This document shows, piece after piece, positions 1 to 8,688 of a stretch of DNA of 51,706 bases. The DNA is taken from the NCBI GenBank assembly GCA_038206135.1, contig JBBRBD010000007.1, positions 1 to 51,706 of the forward strand, read 5' to 3'. The notes beneath the pieces are model-generated. The model was given only the letters and a program-made list of their open reading frames with translations. It was not told the origin of the DNA and made no database searches. The first letter of the stretch is position 1. Each line of letters starts with the position of its first letter. The stretch is from Patescibacteria group bacterium (GTDB taxonomy: Bacteria; Patescibacteriota; Microgenomatia; UBA8517). The position numbers and the translations under genes are program-made.

Positions 1-100
1 ATTTTTTGCCTGACTCGTTATATGTTCCACAGTGAGGGCATTCCCATCCACCACGAACAAAGCGACGAGAACAACGTTTCTTTAACTTTACTATAACCAT
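1..100 (-). CDS. Partial small protein with RanBP2-like Zn-finger start (runs off window edge)
   Basis: Hand translation from ATG at 100: MVIVKLKKRCSRRFVRGGWECPHCGTYNESGKK...; W-x-C-x2-C-x3-N motif; SD GGAGG 5 nt upstream. Confidence 0.55.
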   Translation of the reverse strand, partial: MVIVKLKKRCSRRFVRGGWECPHCGTYNESGKK

Positions 101-182
101 ACTGACCTCCAAATAATATCTGTCTCTTTATTGAGACGTGACATTATAATGTATATCTTATAGCAGTTCAACTACTGTGGAG

Positions 183-614
183 TTATCGTTTTGGAGAAGA
201 CTTTTTGCGTCTAGACTTTCCACCAGTGCCCACCATTCGGCGTTCACGAATACGTCCATCTCGAGCCAAAAGTCCGTCGGATTTCAAAACAGCTCGATAC
301 TTTTCTGTATCAAGTGCAACAAAACTTCTTGAAATTGCATGTACTACAGCTTGCAACTGACCAACTTTTCCACCACCTGCTACTTTAGTAGTTACATAAT
401 ATTTTCCAAGATTATCTGTAAGTTCAAATGGTTTTTGCCAAATTTTAGTAGAAGCAGCTCCGGGAAAATATTGTCCAATCACAACACCGTTAACAGTGCT
501 TTCCTTGTCACCTTTGTATAGTCGTGCACGAGCTGCAGCTGTTCGACGTCGGCCACGAGCATATGTATATTCTTTCTTTGCGACCTTTTTAGGTGTGATA
601 GATTTTGCAGCCAT
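183..614 (-). CDS. rpsI: 30S ribosomal protein S9
   Basis: GRRRTAAAR, GGGKVGQ, RERR..G.GGKSRR..SSPKR C-terminus; follows rplM. Confidence 0.97.
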   Translation of the reverse strand: MAAKSITPKKVAKKEYTYARGRRRTAAARARLYKGDKESTVNGVVIGQYFPGAASTKIWQKPFELTDNLGKYYVTTKVAGGGKVGQLQAVVHAISRSFVALDTEKYRAVLKSDGLLARDGRIRERRMVGTGGKSRRKKSSPKR

Positions 615-618
615 TTGT

Positions 619-999
619 TTATTTAAAAGATAAGCGCTTCATTCTGGCATCTCGAAGACGATTTCCAGGAAGCATGTTGTATACAGCCATTTCCAAAATT
701 TTCTTTGGTTGTTCAGTTTTATATTGCATGTATTTAATTTCTCGATGTCCACCAGGGAAACCTGAGTGCTTATGATACACTTTTTTGAGCTCTTTACCAC
801 GAGTAACCGCGATCTTCTCTACATTTGTGACAACAACAAAATCCCCACTATCCATGTGAGCCGAATAATCAGCTTTGTGTTTTCCCATCAAATACATACT
901 AATTTGGGAAGCAATTCTGCCGAGGACTTTGTTGTCCACATCGACTTCATGGGTATTTCTCACTACATCTTTTTGTGTTGGTTGATATGTTCTTTCCAT
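619..999 (-). CDS. rplM: 50S ribosomal protein L13 (C-terminally short)
   Basis: VLGRIAS, LMGKHK, DSGDFVVVTN, HSGFPGG, AVYNMLP. Confidence 0.97.
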   Translation of the reverse strand: MERTYQPTQKDVVRNTHEVDVDNKVLGRIASQISMYLMGKHKADYSAHMDSGDFVVVTNVEKIAVTRGKELKKVYHKHSGFPGGHREIKYMQYKTEQPKKILEMAVYNMLPGNRLRDARMKRLSFK

Positions 1000-1049
1000 T
1001 TATTTATTTTATAAAGCTTCTTATCTTTAAAGAGAGCTGTCTGCAGGTA

Positions 1050-1472
1050 TCAAGCTTCGCTTGATACCTGTGACGGTTCACTTTCTTCTTTGGCTGACTT
1101 TGTGGAAGCTACTGTTTCCAGTGCTACCCAACTTAGTTTTGCCATTTCAGCATTGTCACCACGTCGAGTGGGAAGACGAGTAATACTCGTAAATCCACTT
1201 GGGCGAGATTTTGCTAAATCAGTTAGTGTAAAAAGTTTTTCAACTGTTGGTCGATCGTTACGGAGGAAACTTGCAGCATGCCGTCTGGCAGCTAAGTCGC
1301 CTTGTTTAACGTCTAACATCAGTCTATCGAGATCTGCTTGAACCGCTTTGGCTTTCGTCAAAGTTGTGGTCATAAAGCCTTTCTCAATTAAATTTTTAGC
1401 TAAACTTACAAAAAGTGCTTCTCGGCTTTTTCTATTTCTGCCAAGTTGTTTGCCGTAAATTTTGTTACGCAT
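1050..1472 (-). CDS. rplQ: 50S ribosomal protein L17
   Basis: QLGRNRKSR, TTTLTKAK, RPSGFTSI, RRGDNAEM; downstream of rpoA. Confidence 0.95.
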   Translation of the reverse strand: MRNKIYGKQLGRNRKSREALFVSLAKNLIEKGFMTTTLTKAKAVQADLDRLMLDVKQGDLAARRHAASFLRNDRPTVEKLFTLTDLAKSRPSGFTSITRLPTRRGDNAEMAKLSWVALETVASTKSAKEESEPSQVSSEA

Positions 1473-2382
1473 CTTGCAATTTCACTCCTTTCTCTTTGAG
1501 TAAATCGTTAATTACGTCCAAAGATTTTCCGCCAAGGTTTCGTACCTTCATCAGTTCTGGTCGAGGAGCCATTGTAAGCTTCTCAACTGTTTCAAATCCG
1601 GCTTTTGCAAGAGCATTAGATACTCTTGTTGGTAATCCGAGCTCTTCAACAGAAAGCTTTCCAACACTTCCCATAGAACTATCTACTTCAACAACAGCTT
1701 CTACAACTGCTACTGCTTTCGGATGAACAATTTGGTCAAAATAAGAAACGATTGTTGAGGCTGCTTCTTTCAAAGCAACTTCAGGATCAACTGTTCCATT
1801 TGTCCAAATTTCGAGCGTTAATTTATCATAATTGGTTACTCGTCCAACACGAGTTTCTTCAATTTTCGGAGTTACCCGAACAACTGGAGAGAAACTTGCG
1901 TCAAGTGGAATAATTCCAATCTGAGTTTGTTCTCGCTCATCTGCTGGAGCATATCCAACACCAGTTTCAATTGTCAAAGTTGCATTAAGCTTTGCGCCTT
2001 TTGCAAGATTTGCCAAAACGAGTTCTGGGTTTGCAATAACAACACCTGCTGGCAATTCAATGTCTCCGGCTTTCACTTCTCCAGCTTCTTTAGCTTTCAA
2101 AGTAGCAGTAATTGGATCTTGTCCGGTATAGCTCACTGCAACTTTTTTCAAGTTTAAGAGTAAATCGAGAACATCTTCTTGCATACCTGAAAGTGTTGTA
2201 AATTGATGCTTCACACCTTCTATTTCCACAGTTGTGATCGCAGCACCTTTCATGCTGGTTAAGAGCACGCGGCGCAACGCGACGCCCAACGTATGGCCAT
2301 AACCCGCGGCCAATGGGGTAATCACGAACTTACCGTAGGTTTTTTCGTTTTTTTCTGTTTTTAGTTCAAAAATTGGTTCCAT
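1465..2382 (-). CDS. rpoA: RNA polymerase alpha subunit
   Basis: PL..GYGHTLGVALRRVLL, LDASFSPV, alpha-CTD RNLGGKS; start moved to ATG 2382, preceded by AAGGAGGTGA. Confidence 0.98.
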   Translation of the reverse strand: MEPIFELKTEKNEKTYGKFVITPLAAGYGHTLGVALRRVLLTSMKGAAITTVEIEGVKHQFTTLSGMQEDVLDLLLNLKKVAVSYTGQDPITATLKAKEAGEVKAGDIELPAGVVIANPELVLANLAKGAKLNATLTIETGVGYAPADEREQTQIGIIPLDASFSPVVRVTPKIEETRVGRVTNYDKLTLEIWTNGTVDPEVALKEAASTIVSYFDQIVHPKAVAVVEAVVEVDSSMGSVGKLSVEELGLPTRVSNALAKAGFETVEKLTMAPRPELMKVRNLGGKSLDVINDLLKEKGVKLQDA

Positions 2383-2403
2383 ACGTATCACCTCCTTAAA
2401 AAA

Positions 2404-3006
2404 TTATCGTGAGTAAAACTCAACGACTTCCTGATCTTGAAATGGTTCTGGTACATCTTCCCTGTTCGGAAGTTTAACAATCTTGCCTGCTGCTGCTTTT
2501 CGCGTAAGCCATGCAGGAATATTTTCTCTCTCTTGTTTAATATTCATAGAAACGTTTGGCGTGGCCATAGCTTTTGCACCTAATGTAATAACGTCACCTG
2601 CGAGAACTTGGTAAGAAGCAATATTTACTTTCTTTCCATTTACCAAAACATGTCTGTGTCCAACTAATTGTCGAGCTTCAGGTCGTGTGTTTGCAAATCC
2701 TAATCGATAGACCACATTATCGAGTCGTCGCTCTAAAAGAGAAAATACAGCGTTAACAGTGTTCCCTTTTGTTTTCATAGCTTTTTCCATGTAACTTGCA
2801 AATTGCTTTTCAAGTACACCATACATACGTTTTACTTTTTGTTTTTCTCTAAGTTGTTTCCCATACTGAGATGGAGCTCGGCGTGAACCTTTTGGTCCAT
2901 GAACACCTGGAGTTATTGCAAGACGAGTAAGCTTTGCTCCTTTTCCAAAAAGGTCAAAGTTCTCACGTCTACTTAATCTGTCTTTTGGTCCTGTATATCT
3001 TGCCAT
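2404..3006 (-). CDS. rpsD: 30S ribosomal protein S4
   Basis: MARYTGP, QLREKQK, LERRLDNVVYRLG, VEFYSR. Confidence 0.98.
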   Translation of the reverse strand: MARYTGPKDRLSRRENFDLFGKGAKLTRLAITPGVHGPKGSRRAPSQYGKQLREKQKVKRMYGVLEKQFASYMEKAMKTKGNTVNAVFSLLERRLDNVVYRLGFANTRPEARQLVGHRHVLVNGKKVNIASYQVLAGDVITLGAKAMATPNVSMNIKQERENIPAWLTRKAAAGKIVKLPNREDVPEPFQDQEVVEFYSR

Positions 3007-3024
3007 ATTAGTTTTATTTAATTA

Positions 3025-3369
3025 TTAAACTCTTCGTTTCTTCTTTGGTCGCGGCCCATCGTGTGGAATGGGAGTTACATCTGCAATCATAGAGATTTTA
3101 ACACCTGCTGCGCGAATTGCACGAAGAGATGCATCTCGTCCGGGTCCTGGACCTTTAATATAAACTTCTGCTTCAGTTAAATCTTTTGTTTCACGAGCCT
3201 TGTTAACTACTGTTTCAACTGCTGTTGTTGCAGCAAAAGGAGTAGCCTTTCGTGCGCCTTTAAATCCGGAATGACCAGATGAGCCCCATGCAATGGTAGC
3301 ACCTGTTTCATCAGTAACTGTTACCAATGTGTTGTTAAAACTTGCTGAAATAAATATTTTTCCGTTCAT
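3025..3369 (-). CDS. rpsK: 30S ribosomal protein S11 (lacks N-terminal tail)
   Basis: SFNNTLVT, GFKGARKATPFAA, GPGPGR, DVTPIPHDGPRP. Confidence 0.97.
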   Translation of the reverse strand: MNGKIFISASFNNTLVTVTDETGATIAWGSSGHSGFKGARKATPFAATTAVETVVNKARETKDLTEAEVYIKGPGPGRDASLRAIRAAGVKISMIADVTPIPHDGPRPKKKRRV

Positions 3370-3375
3370 GATGTA

Positions 3376-3771
3376 TTATTTTTTCTCGGCGACCTTCGCA
3401 AGCATTTCCTTCTTGAATGCTCCAACTGTCTTTCTCTTTCCACGTTTTGTACGAGCGTTACTCTTAGTTCTTTGTCCGCGAGCTGGAAGTCCACGACTAT
3501 GTCTGACTCCTCGGTATGCTCCAATGTCTTTTAATCTTTGAATGTTTTCTCGAACCGCTCGAATCAAATCTCCTTCAACCAAATGTTTCTCCAAAGCTGC
3601 TGAAATTTTCGAGATTTGTTCATTAGTTAACTCTTTCACTCGTGTTGCAGCATCAACTCCTGAATCTTTCAATACAATACCACTCTTAGCCCATCCAATG
3701 CCTTTTAGGCGGGTGAGCGCATAATCTATGCGAGCTTTATCTTGTAATTCGATTCCTGCAATACGTGCCAT
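3376..3771 (-). CDS. rpsM: 30S ribosomal protein S13
   Basis: MARIAG, YRGVRH..GLPARGQRTKSNARTKRG. Confidence 0.98.
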   Translation of the reverse strand: MARIAGIELQDKARIDYALTRLKGIGWAKSGIVLKDSGVDAATRVKELTNEQISKISAALEKHLVEGDLIRAVRENIQRLKDIGAYRGVRHSRGLPARGQRTKSNARTKRGKRKTVGAFKKEMLAKVAEKK

Positions 3772-3776
3772 AAAAT

Positions 3777-3890
3777 TTATCCTTGTCGTTGCTTGTGCTT
3801 TGGATTTTCACAAATCACACGCACAACGCCACCTCTCTTAATCACTTTGCATTTCATGCAAATTTTTTTGACTGATGATCTAACTTTCAT
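3777..3890 (-). CDS. rpmJ: 50S ribosomal protein L36 (Zn-binding type; below ORF-track cutoff)
   Basis: Hand translation [37 protein letters not shown]; canonical position between infA and rpsM. Confidence 0.97.
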   Translation of the reverse strand: MKVRSSVKKICMKCKVIKRGGVVRVICENPKHKQRQG

Positions 3891-3904
3891 AATTTTACTT
3901 TGTT

Positions 3905-4126
3905 TTAGTCTGCCTTCCCAATCACTCTGCCGCGATTTTTGTCATACGGTGTCATCTCAATCCTGATATTGCTTCCAGGCATAAGACGAAAAAAACTTCG
4001 TCTCATCTTTCCTGAAGGAATACCCAATACTTCTCGTCCATCTGAGAGACGAACCTTAAACATTGTGTTTGGCAAGATTTCGAGAATCTGGCCAACGAAA
4101 ACAGTATTTCCAGTGCTTTTTGTCAT
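3905..4126 (-). CDS. infA: Translation initiation factor IF-1
   Basis: [25 protein letters not shown]. Confidence 0.95.
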   Translation of the reverse strand: MTKSTGNTVFVGQILEILPNTMFKVRLSDGREVLGIPSGKMRRSFFRLMPGSNIRIEMTPYDKNRGRVIGKAD

Positions 4127-4875
4127 TTTGTAAGGATAAGAGTGCCCTTTTCGGTGATTGCGACAGTCTCTTCAAAAAGCGCTGCAATTGTAGCATCCTT
4201 TGTGCGTAATGTCCAACCGTCTTTGTCGAGCTTTAGCTCTCCGGAGCCTTCAGTGTACATTACCTCTAGCGCCAAGGTCATTCCTGGCACTATTTTAACA
4301 CGTTCTTCGGGAGAATTCCCGACGAAACACGGAACGTACGGATCTTCGTGCAATTCACGCCCAACTCCGTGCCCAGTTAAGGACCGAATTGGGTTTAAAC
4401 CTCCTTTTGAAAGGGTTGATTCATAAGCAAATGCAATATCTTTTATGGTATTTCCCACTTTTGCAGCTTTGATGGCATTTTTGACAGCTTGTCTTCCAAC
4501 TGACAGTAAATGAGTTTTTTCTTCTTTTACTCCCAAATATTTAGTAACTGCAGTGTCAGTGTGAAAATCTTTAAAAAACACCCCAACATCAATACTGACG
4601 ACGTCATCTTCTTGAAAAATAATCTCTTTGTGAGGAATTCCGTGAACAGCTCCTGTGTTTACATTTATACAAGTTGCCCAATGGTATCCCGGAACTTTCT
4701 TAAATGAAGCTTCAGCTCCTTCGTTTGCGATAAGGCGAACGGCAGCAAGCTCAATGTCCCACGCAGAAACGCCTGGATTTACAAGCTTAAAGAGCTCATT
4801 GCGCACCCGTGCAAGTTTTTTACCACCTTCTGACATAATGGCTATTTGTTGTTCGCTTTTTAAATGAATTTTCAT
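4123..4875 (-). CDS. map: Methionine aminopeptidase type I
   Basis: AVHGIP, IDVG, HTDTA, TGHGVGRELHEDP, ALE, FEETV. Confidence 0.95.
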   Translation of the reverse strand: MKIHLKSEQQIAIMSEGGKKLARVRNELFKLVNPGVSAWDIELAAVRLIANEGAEASFKKVPGYHWATCINVNTGAVHGIPHKEIIFQEDDVVSIDVGVFFKDFHTDTAVTKYLGVKEEKTHLLSVGRQAVKNAIKAAKVGNTIKDIAFAYESTLSKGGLNPIRSLTGHGVGRELHEDPYVPCFVGNSPEERVKIVPGMTLALEVMYTEGSGELKLDKDGWTLRTKDATIAALFEETVAITEKGTLILTK

Positions 4876-4932
4876 GAGTGGTGCAATTATACCCTATTTT
4901 GAGGCAAAATGGGAATTTACCCATAAAACAAC

Positions 4933-4967
4933 AAAAAAAAGGGTTCGACCTGAAAAGGCGAACCCTT
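4933..4967 (-). terminator. Intrinsic terminator after orphan ORF 4979-5293
   Basis: - strand AAGGGTTCGCC-TTTTCA-GGTCGAACCCTT followed by a long T run. Confidence 0.8.
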
Positions 4968-4978
4968 GGAGCTAGAGA

Positions 4979-5293
4979 CTACTCAGTATAGGAGATAGTT
5001 CCAGAACGACCTGGCAAGTAATAGTACCCCTTAACCTTGAGAAGTAGACCTGTTTCCGTTACTTTGTATCCGGTAAAAATCCAACTTTCTCCGCCTCCAT
5101 CTTCTCTACACAGGCTCTCAATTCGTACATTCATCGAGGAATGTATTTTTATCACAGAATCTGAGTTTTTATACTCAAATTTCACCAGCCAACGACTGTT
5201 CATGTCACCATTCATTAGTGAAACCATTAGGTCAAACTTTGAGGGACCTTTGACAATGCGAAACACAAGCGTTGGACCATCTTGTTGTGCCAT
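4979..5293 (-). CDS. Hypothetical protein (104 aa, beta-rich) inserted between adk and map
   Basis: ORF with AAGGAGG SD, own TGnTATAAT promoter (~5382-5390) and own terminator. Confidence 0.75.
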   Translation of the reverse strand: MAQQDGPTLVFRIVKGPSKFDLMVSLMNGDMNSRWLVKFEYKNSDSVIKIHSSMNVRIESLCREDGGGESWIFTGYKVTETGLLLKVKGYYYLPGRSGTISYTE

Positions 5294-5303
5294 AACGACA
5301 CCT

Positions 5304-5350
5304 CCTTAAAACTATCTCTAGTAGGTGAGAAGACCTCTTACCTTTTAAGG
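5304..5350 (-). promoter_or_regulatory. Candidate structured 5' leader (three-way junction overlapping the SD)
   Basis: - strand CCTTAAA|AGGT-AA-GAG-GTCTT-CTC-ACCT|ACTA-GAGA-TAGT|TTTAAGG. Confidence 0.45.
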
Positions 5351-5412
5351 CGACCAACACATAACGCGTGGAATTCGGACAATTATATCATTTTGGGATA
5401 AAAACCAACAAA

Positions 5413-6039
5413 CTATTGGGGAGTTACATGATCGAGGATGCTTTTATGGATCTCTTCAATACTCTGTGTCCCATCAATTTCAATTAATTTACCCTCTTCT
5501 TTGAGCTTTGTAACCAGTGGCTGTGTGCTTTCGTGGTATGCCTTTAAACGCACCTGAATAGCTTCTGGCTGGTCATCTTCACGATGAATGAGTGTTGAAG
5601 GGTCGACGTCTGCCGGCGGAGGGTTTGTAATAAGATTGTAAATTGTGTCAGTTTTTGGGTCAATTCTTCGGGCTGACAAGCGTTTTACGGTTTCCTCTTC
5701 ATTTATCGTGAGTAAAATCACCTTTTGAACTCCACTTCCTCGAGACTCAAGGAAACTAGTTAAAAGTTGCCACTGAGGAAGGGACCGTGGATACCCATCA
5801 AAGATGATGTTATCGAATTGGTTTTTGGATATAAAAAAGTCTCGAACGATTTTATACATCATGTCATCAGGCAAAAGGACCCCTCGTTTGTTTACAATTT
5901 CGTCTATTTCCGGATTTGTTTTAGAAACTTCACGTAAATGAGACCCTGCGTCAAAGTAAAACATACCAGTTTTTTCTGCCAACATCTCCCCTTGAGTTCC
6001 TTTTCCAGACCCTTGAGGACCAAGTAAAACAATATTCAC
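5413..6039 (-). CDS. adk: Adenylate kinase
   Basis: IVLLGPQGSGKGTQ P-loop, FDGYPRS, RLSARR, REDD; start moved to GTG 6039, just downstream of TGtTATACT. Confidence 0.95.
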   Translation of the reverse strand: MNIVLLGPQGSGKGTQGEMLAEKTGMFYFDAGSHLREVSKTNPEIDEIVNKRGVLLPDDMMYKIVRDFFISKNQFDNIIFDGYPRSLPQWQLLTSFLESRGSGVQKVILLTINEEETVKRLSARRIDPKTDTIYNLITNPPPADVDPSTLIHREDDQPEAIQVRLKAYHESTQPLVTKLKEEGKLIEIDGTQSIEEIHKSILDHVTPQ

Positions 6040-6045
6040 ATAAAA

Positions 6046-6074
6046 AGTATAACAGGAGAGCTCCATGGTATACT
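6046..6074. promoter_or_regulatory. Back-to-back extended -10 promoters (adk on -, GNAT on +)
   Basis: - strand TGTTATACT 6046-6054; + strand TGGTATACT 6066-6074; each 6-8 nt from its start codon. Confidence 0.6.
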
Positions 6075-6082
6075 CGCCGTAG

Positions 6083-6532
6083 ATGCAGTCGGAAATCGTA
6101 ATAACCAATATTACGGACTCAGATGTCGATGAAATAATAAAAATTGGACTTTCTACCCCAGAACTTCAACTGAAAGCAGATGAACCGACATATTATTCGG
6201 AAGAAATGCTTAGTTCATTTATAAAAAGCCCACAGGACATTTATTTAGTTGCAAAAGTAAACGGCAAAATTGCAGGATATAGACTTGCGACCTTCAATCC
6301 ATTTCTTAAAGAAGCTTATTTAATAGACCTGGTCGTGAAATCTGAATATCGAGGACTGGGGGTTGCAACTAAGCTATATGAAAAAACATTTGCAACTTTA
6401 AATACCCGTGACTGTCACCGCGTATGGGTATTGGCAAAAGAAGGAAACATGAAGATACTTCCGTTCCTTTCAAAGTATAACTTCATAAAAGGGGACAACT
6501 TTACTGCATTTTTTAAAACTTCACCATTCTAA
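6083..6532 (+). CDS. GNAT family N-acetyltransferase
   Basis: Motif A LVVKSEYRGLGVATKL; YLVAKVNGKIAGY strand; N...FLSKYNF motif B. Confidence 0.88.
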   Translation: MQSEIVITNITDSDVDEIIKIGLSTPELQLKADEPTYYSEEMLSSFIKSPQDIYLVAKVNGKIAGYRLATFNPFLKEAYLIDLVVKSEYRGLGVATKLYEKTFATLNTRDCHRVWVLAKEGNMKILPFLSKYNFIKGDNFTAFFKTSPF

Positions 6533-6563
6533 AGAATTATAAGCTGTAGTACAATTTCTCATT

Positions 6564-7430
6564 ATGCATTTTATTTACGGAAACTTATTCCATAAAAACA
6601 AAATATCTTTGCTTACCGAAGTTTCTTCAACTGTCGGAATATCGAATGGTACAGATATATCAAAGAAAAAACTTCTTGAGCAATATGAAATATGGAAAAC
6701 TGACTTTGCAAAGTATTTTAATTCACCCGTTACAATAAATCTTATTTTTTACTGGAATAATTGCGCTTATTTGGACATACATGTTCTTGAAACACAAAAC
6801 GAAAGTCATATCTATTCTAAAAAAATAGGCTTGAGCCGTACACTCCAAGATAAATGGGACAAATATCAATTGTCGCTTGAAGCCGCAATGTCAAATGGTG
6901 AAGGTTCTCAAACATTTGAAGCAGGTCATTGGATCTCTCAAAATAAAAACGCGCGCGCTTTTGAAATGGAATTTATAAAAACAGTTGATGACCACTTTGA
7001 TGAACTTGAAGATATATTGAAAAATTCTGATAAATACGAATCTCGCGCCGCTGCAGCGTACCTTTTACATTGGTCTCACCAAAAAGAAAGAGTTTTTGAT
7101 ATTTTAACATTACAACTTGAATACGATCCTGAACATTTGGTGCACAACAATATTGTTAGAGCGCTATCGGCACTATGCCAAATTGTTCAGCTTTCGACAA
7201 TTAATGCAAAAACAATTTTAGATTTAATATTTCACAAGAGCTCACTTTGTATTAACAAGGGACTTATGTTTGTAGTAAATATACATCCACAGCAGCCCGA
7301 TGTGTTCTTGAATCTTCTAAGTAATAAACACTACAGAGATAGAATTGAAATACTAACAAATGCCATTCAACCTCATTTGAGTGAACCTGCTCAGAAAGTA
7401 CTAGAACTAAAAAAGATCGCATATAAATAA
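6564..7430 (+). CDS. HEAT/ARM-like helical repeat protein
   Basis: RAAAAYLL, YDPEHLVHNNIVRAL, INKGL helical-repeat pattern in C-terminal half; TACAAT 8 nt before ATG. Confidence 0.6.
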   Translation: MHFIYGNLFHKNKISLLTEVSSTVGISNGTDISKKKLLEQYEIWKTDFAKYFNSPVTINLIFYWNNCAYLDIHVLETQNESHIYSKKIGLSRTLQDKWDKYQLSLEAAMSNGEGSQTFEAGHWISQNKNARAFEMEFIKTVDDHFDELEDILKNSDKYESRAAAAYLLHWSHQKERVFDILTLQLEYDPEHLVHNNIVRALSALCQIVQLSTINAKTILDLIFHKSSLCINKGLMFVVNIHPQQPDVFLNLLSNKHYRDRIEILTNAIQPHLSEPAQKVLELKKIAYK

Positions 7431-7439
7431 TGCGATCTT
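7413..7439. terminator. Bidirectional terminator-like hairpin between convergent HEAT-like and ATP-grasp genes
   Basis: 10-bp inverted repeat AAGATCGCAT-ataaata-ATGCGATCTT with A-rich 5' and T-rich 3' flanks. Confidence 0.7.
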
Positions 7440-7453
7440 ATTTCATATACTCT

Positions 7454-8416
7454 CTATTCCGTAAGCAATGAGACCATTGCGTTTACCATAGGCTGATCGG
7501 TGGCAAGTTCCAGCCACACCCACTGTCCATTTGGATTGACCTCCAAGAAAACATACTTACCATCGGGTGTAAGAATCAAATCAATTGTCGAAAATTGCAA
7601 TCCAAGCTTCTCAGTAATTTCTAGACATTTGTTCGAAATATCACTTGGAAGTTCAAATGCTTCGTAGCGCAAACCGCTATATATTGCTTGTCGCCAATCA
7701 TTCTTTCCCAATTCGGTCTCTTGCGAGTAAATTGCAGCAGCAAACACCTGATGACCAAATACTGTAACTCGTAGCTCAAGGTCTTTGATTACACACTCTT
7801 GCAGAATAACAGGAGAATACTTTACTCCTTCTAATTGATCAAGAAACTCTGGTCCAAGCTTATTGGTGTATACAGTCTTTCTCTTTCCATCGACTACTAA
7901 ATCAATAAGGTCCAAGGGTTTCATAATGATGTTGCCACAGTGTAAATCGAAAAATGCCTTAGCTTCTATCGGATTGCTCGTAAAAAGGGTGTCAGGTATT
8001 TGAAAACCTAATTCGCGTGCAATATACATGTTGTACCCTTTTTCACGAGCTTTTCTATTCGAGTCCAATGCGTTTACCCATTTAGCATTAGTGCATAAGT
8101 ACCAGAATGTTTTCATTAAGGAAGTTGTCTCTGAGACAACAATTCGAACATGTTGGGTATCCGTTATTGCTGAATCTGGAACAGGATCCAGTGGACGCCT
8201 ATACCATACATGGGTGATTTCCTCCAATGGTAAAAACCGCTGTGCAAGTTGAATATCAGCTTTCACAGCATTTGCATTCATTCTTAAGTTGAAATTGCTA
8301 TCAACAGGAAAAGTTTCGGTGTTAACTCTGTAAAAGATAACACCCCGACGATTTAGTTCCTCAATAACCATATCCGCATGTTCATCATGTTGATTCGTTA
8401 TGATTGCGAGTGACAT
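7454..8416 (-). CDS. ATP-grasp ribosomal peptide maturase (graspetide synthetase, MvdC/MvdD/SAV_5884-like)
   Basis: D.HAD.V, VWYRRP, WVN..A.EK, IPDTL.T, IMKP, P.ILQE..K..ELRVTV, DWR, GL.FSTID, FLEVNPNGQW.WLE; SD AGGGAG. Confidence 0.9.
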   Translation of the reverse strand: MSLAIITNQHDEHADMVIEELNRRGVIFYRVNTETFPVDSNFNLRMNANAVKADIQLAQRFLPLEEITHVWYRRPLDPVPDSAITDTQHVRIVVSETTSLMKTFWYLCTNAKWVNALDSNRKAREKGYNMYIARELGFQIPDTLFTSNPIEAKAFFDLHCGNIIMKPLDLIDLVVDGKRKTVYTNKLGPEFLDQLEGVKYSPVILQECVIKDLELRVTVFGHQVFAAAIYSQETELGKNDWRQAIYSGLRYEAFELPSDISNKCLEITEKLGLQFSTIDLILTPDGKYVFLEVNPNGQWVWLELATDQPMVNAMVSLLTE

Positions 8417-8446
8417 TCAAGATTTCTCCCTATTTGATAATTTACA

Positions 8447-8473
8447 CAAAAAGAGGAAGCCAACGGCTTCCCC
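8447..8473 (-). terminator. Hairpin/terminator between precursor and ATP-grasp ligase
   Basis: - strand GGAAGCC-GTT-GGCTTCC-TCTTTTTG. Confidence 0.7.
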
Positions 8474-8496
8474 AAGTAACAGAAACGATGAATTAA

Positions 8497-8688
8497 CTAA
8501 TCTGGGCCTGAGTCGTCATTTGCACGACCGGGGCAATTTGTTGAGCCACGAGTCGGCGCACGGCGATTCGAATCTGGGCACAGCTGAGCATTGTCATCGT
8601 ATTCACCAAAGGAGTCAGGCACATCGAGTAATTCAGGCATAGGCTCGGTATACAAAACGACCAATGGTGTTGCACTTTGTGTTGGCAT
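8497..8688 (-). CDS. Putative graspetide (ATP-grasp RiPP) precursor peptide, 63 aa
   Basis: AAGGAGG SD 7 nt upstream; directly upstream of the ligase; leader PLVVLY and YDDNAQ; C-terminal T/S...D core TRGSTNCPGRANDDSGPD. Confidence 0.8.
   Translation of the reverse strand: MPTQSATPLVVLYTEPMPELLDVPDSFGEYDDNAQLCPDSNRRAPTRGSTNCPGRANDDSGPD

Noticed and set aside
7454-8416. Calling the ATP-grasp enzyme RimK because it sits among ribosomal genes
   Set aside because: DWR, VWYRRP and NPNGQW.WLE motifs plus the adjacent precursor fit peptide macrocyclases. RimK-type FRSN..GG and EVN.SPG motifs are absent.
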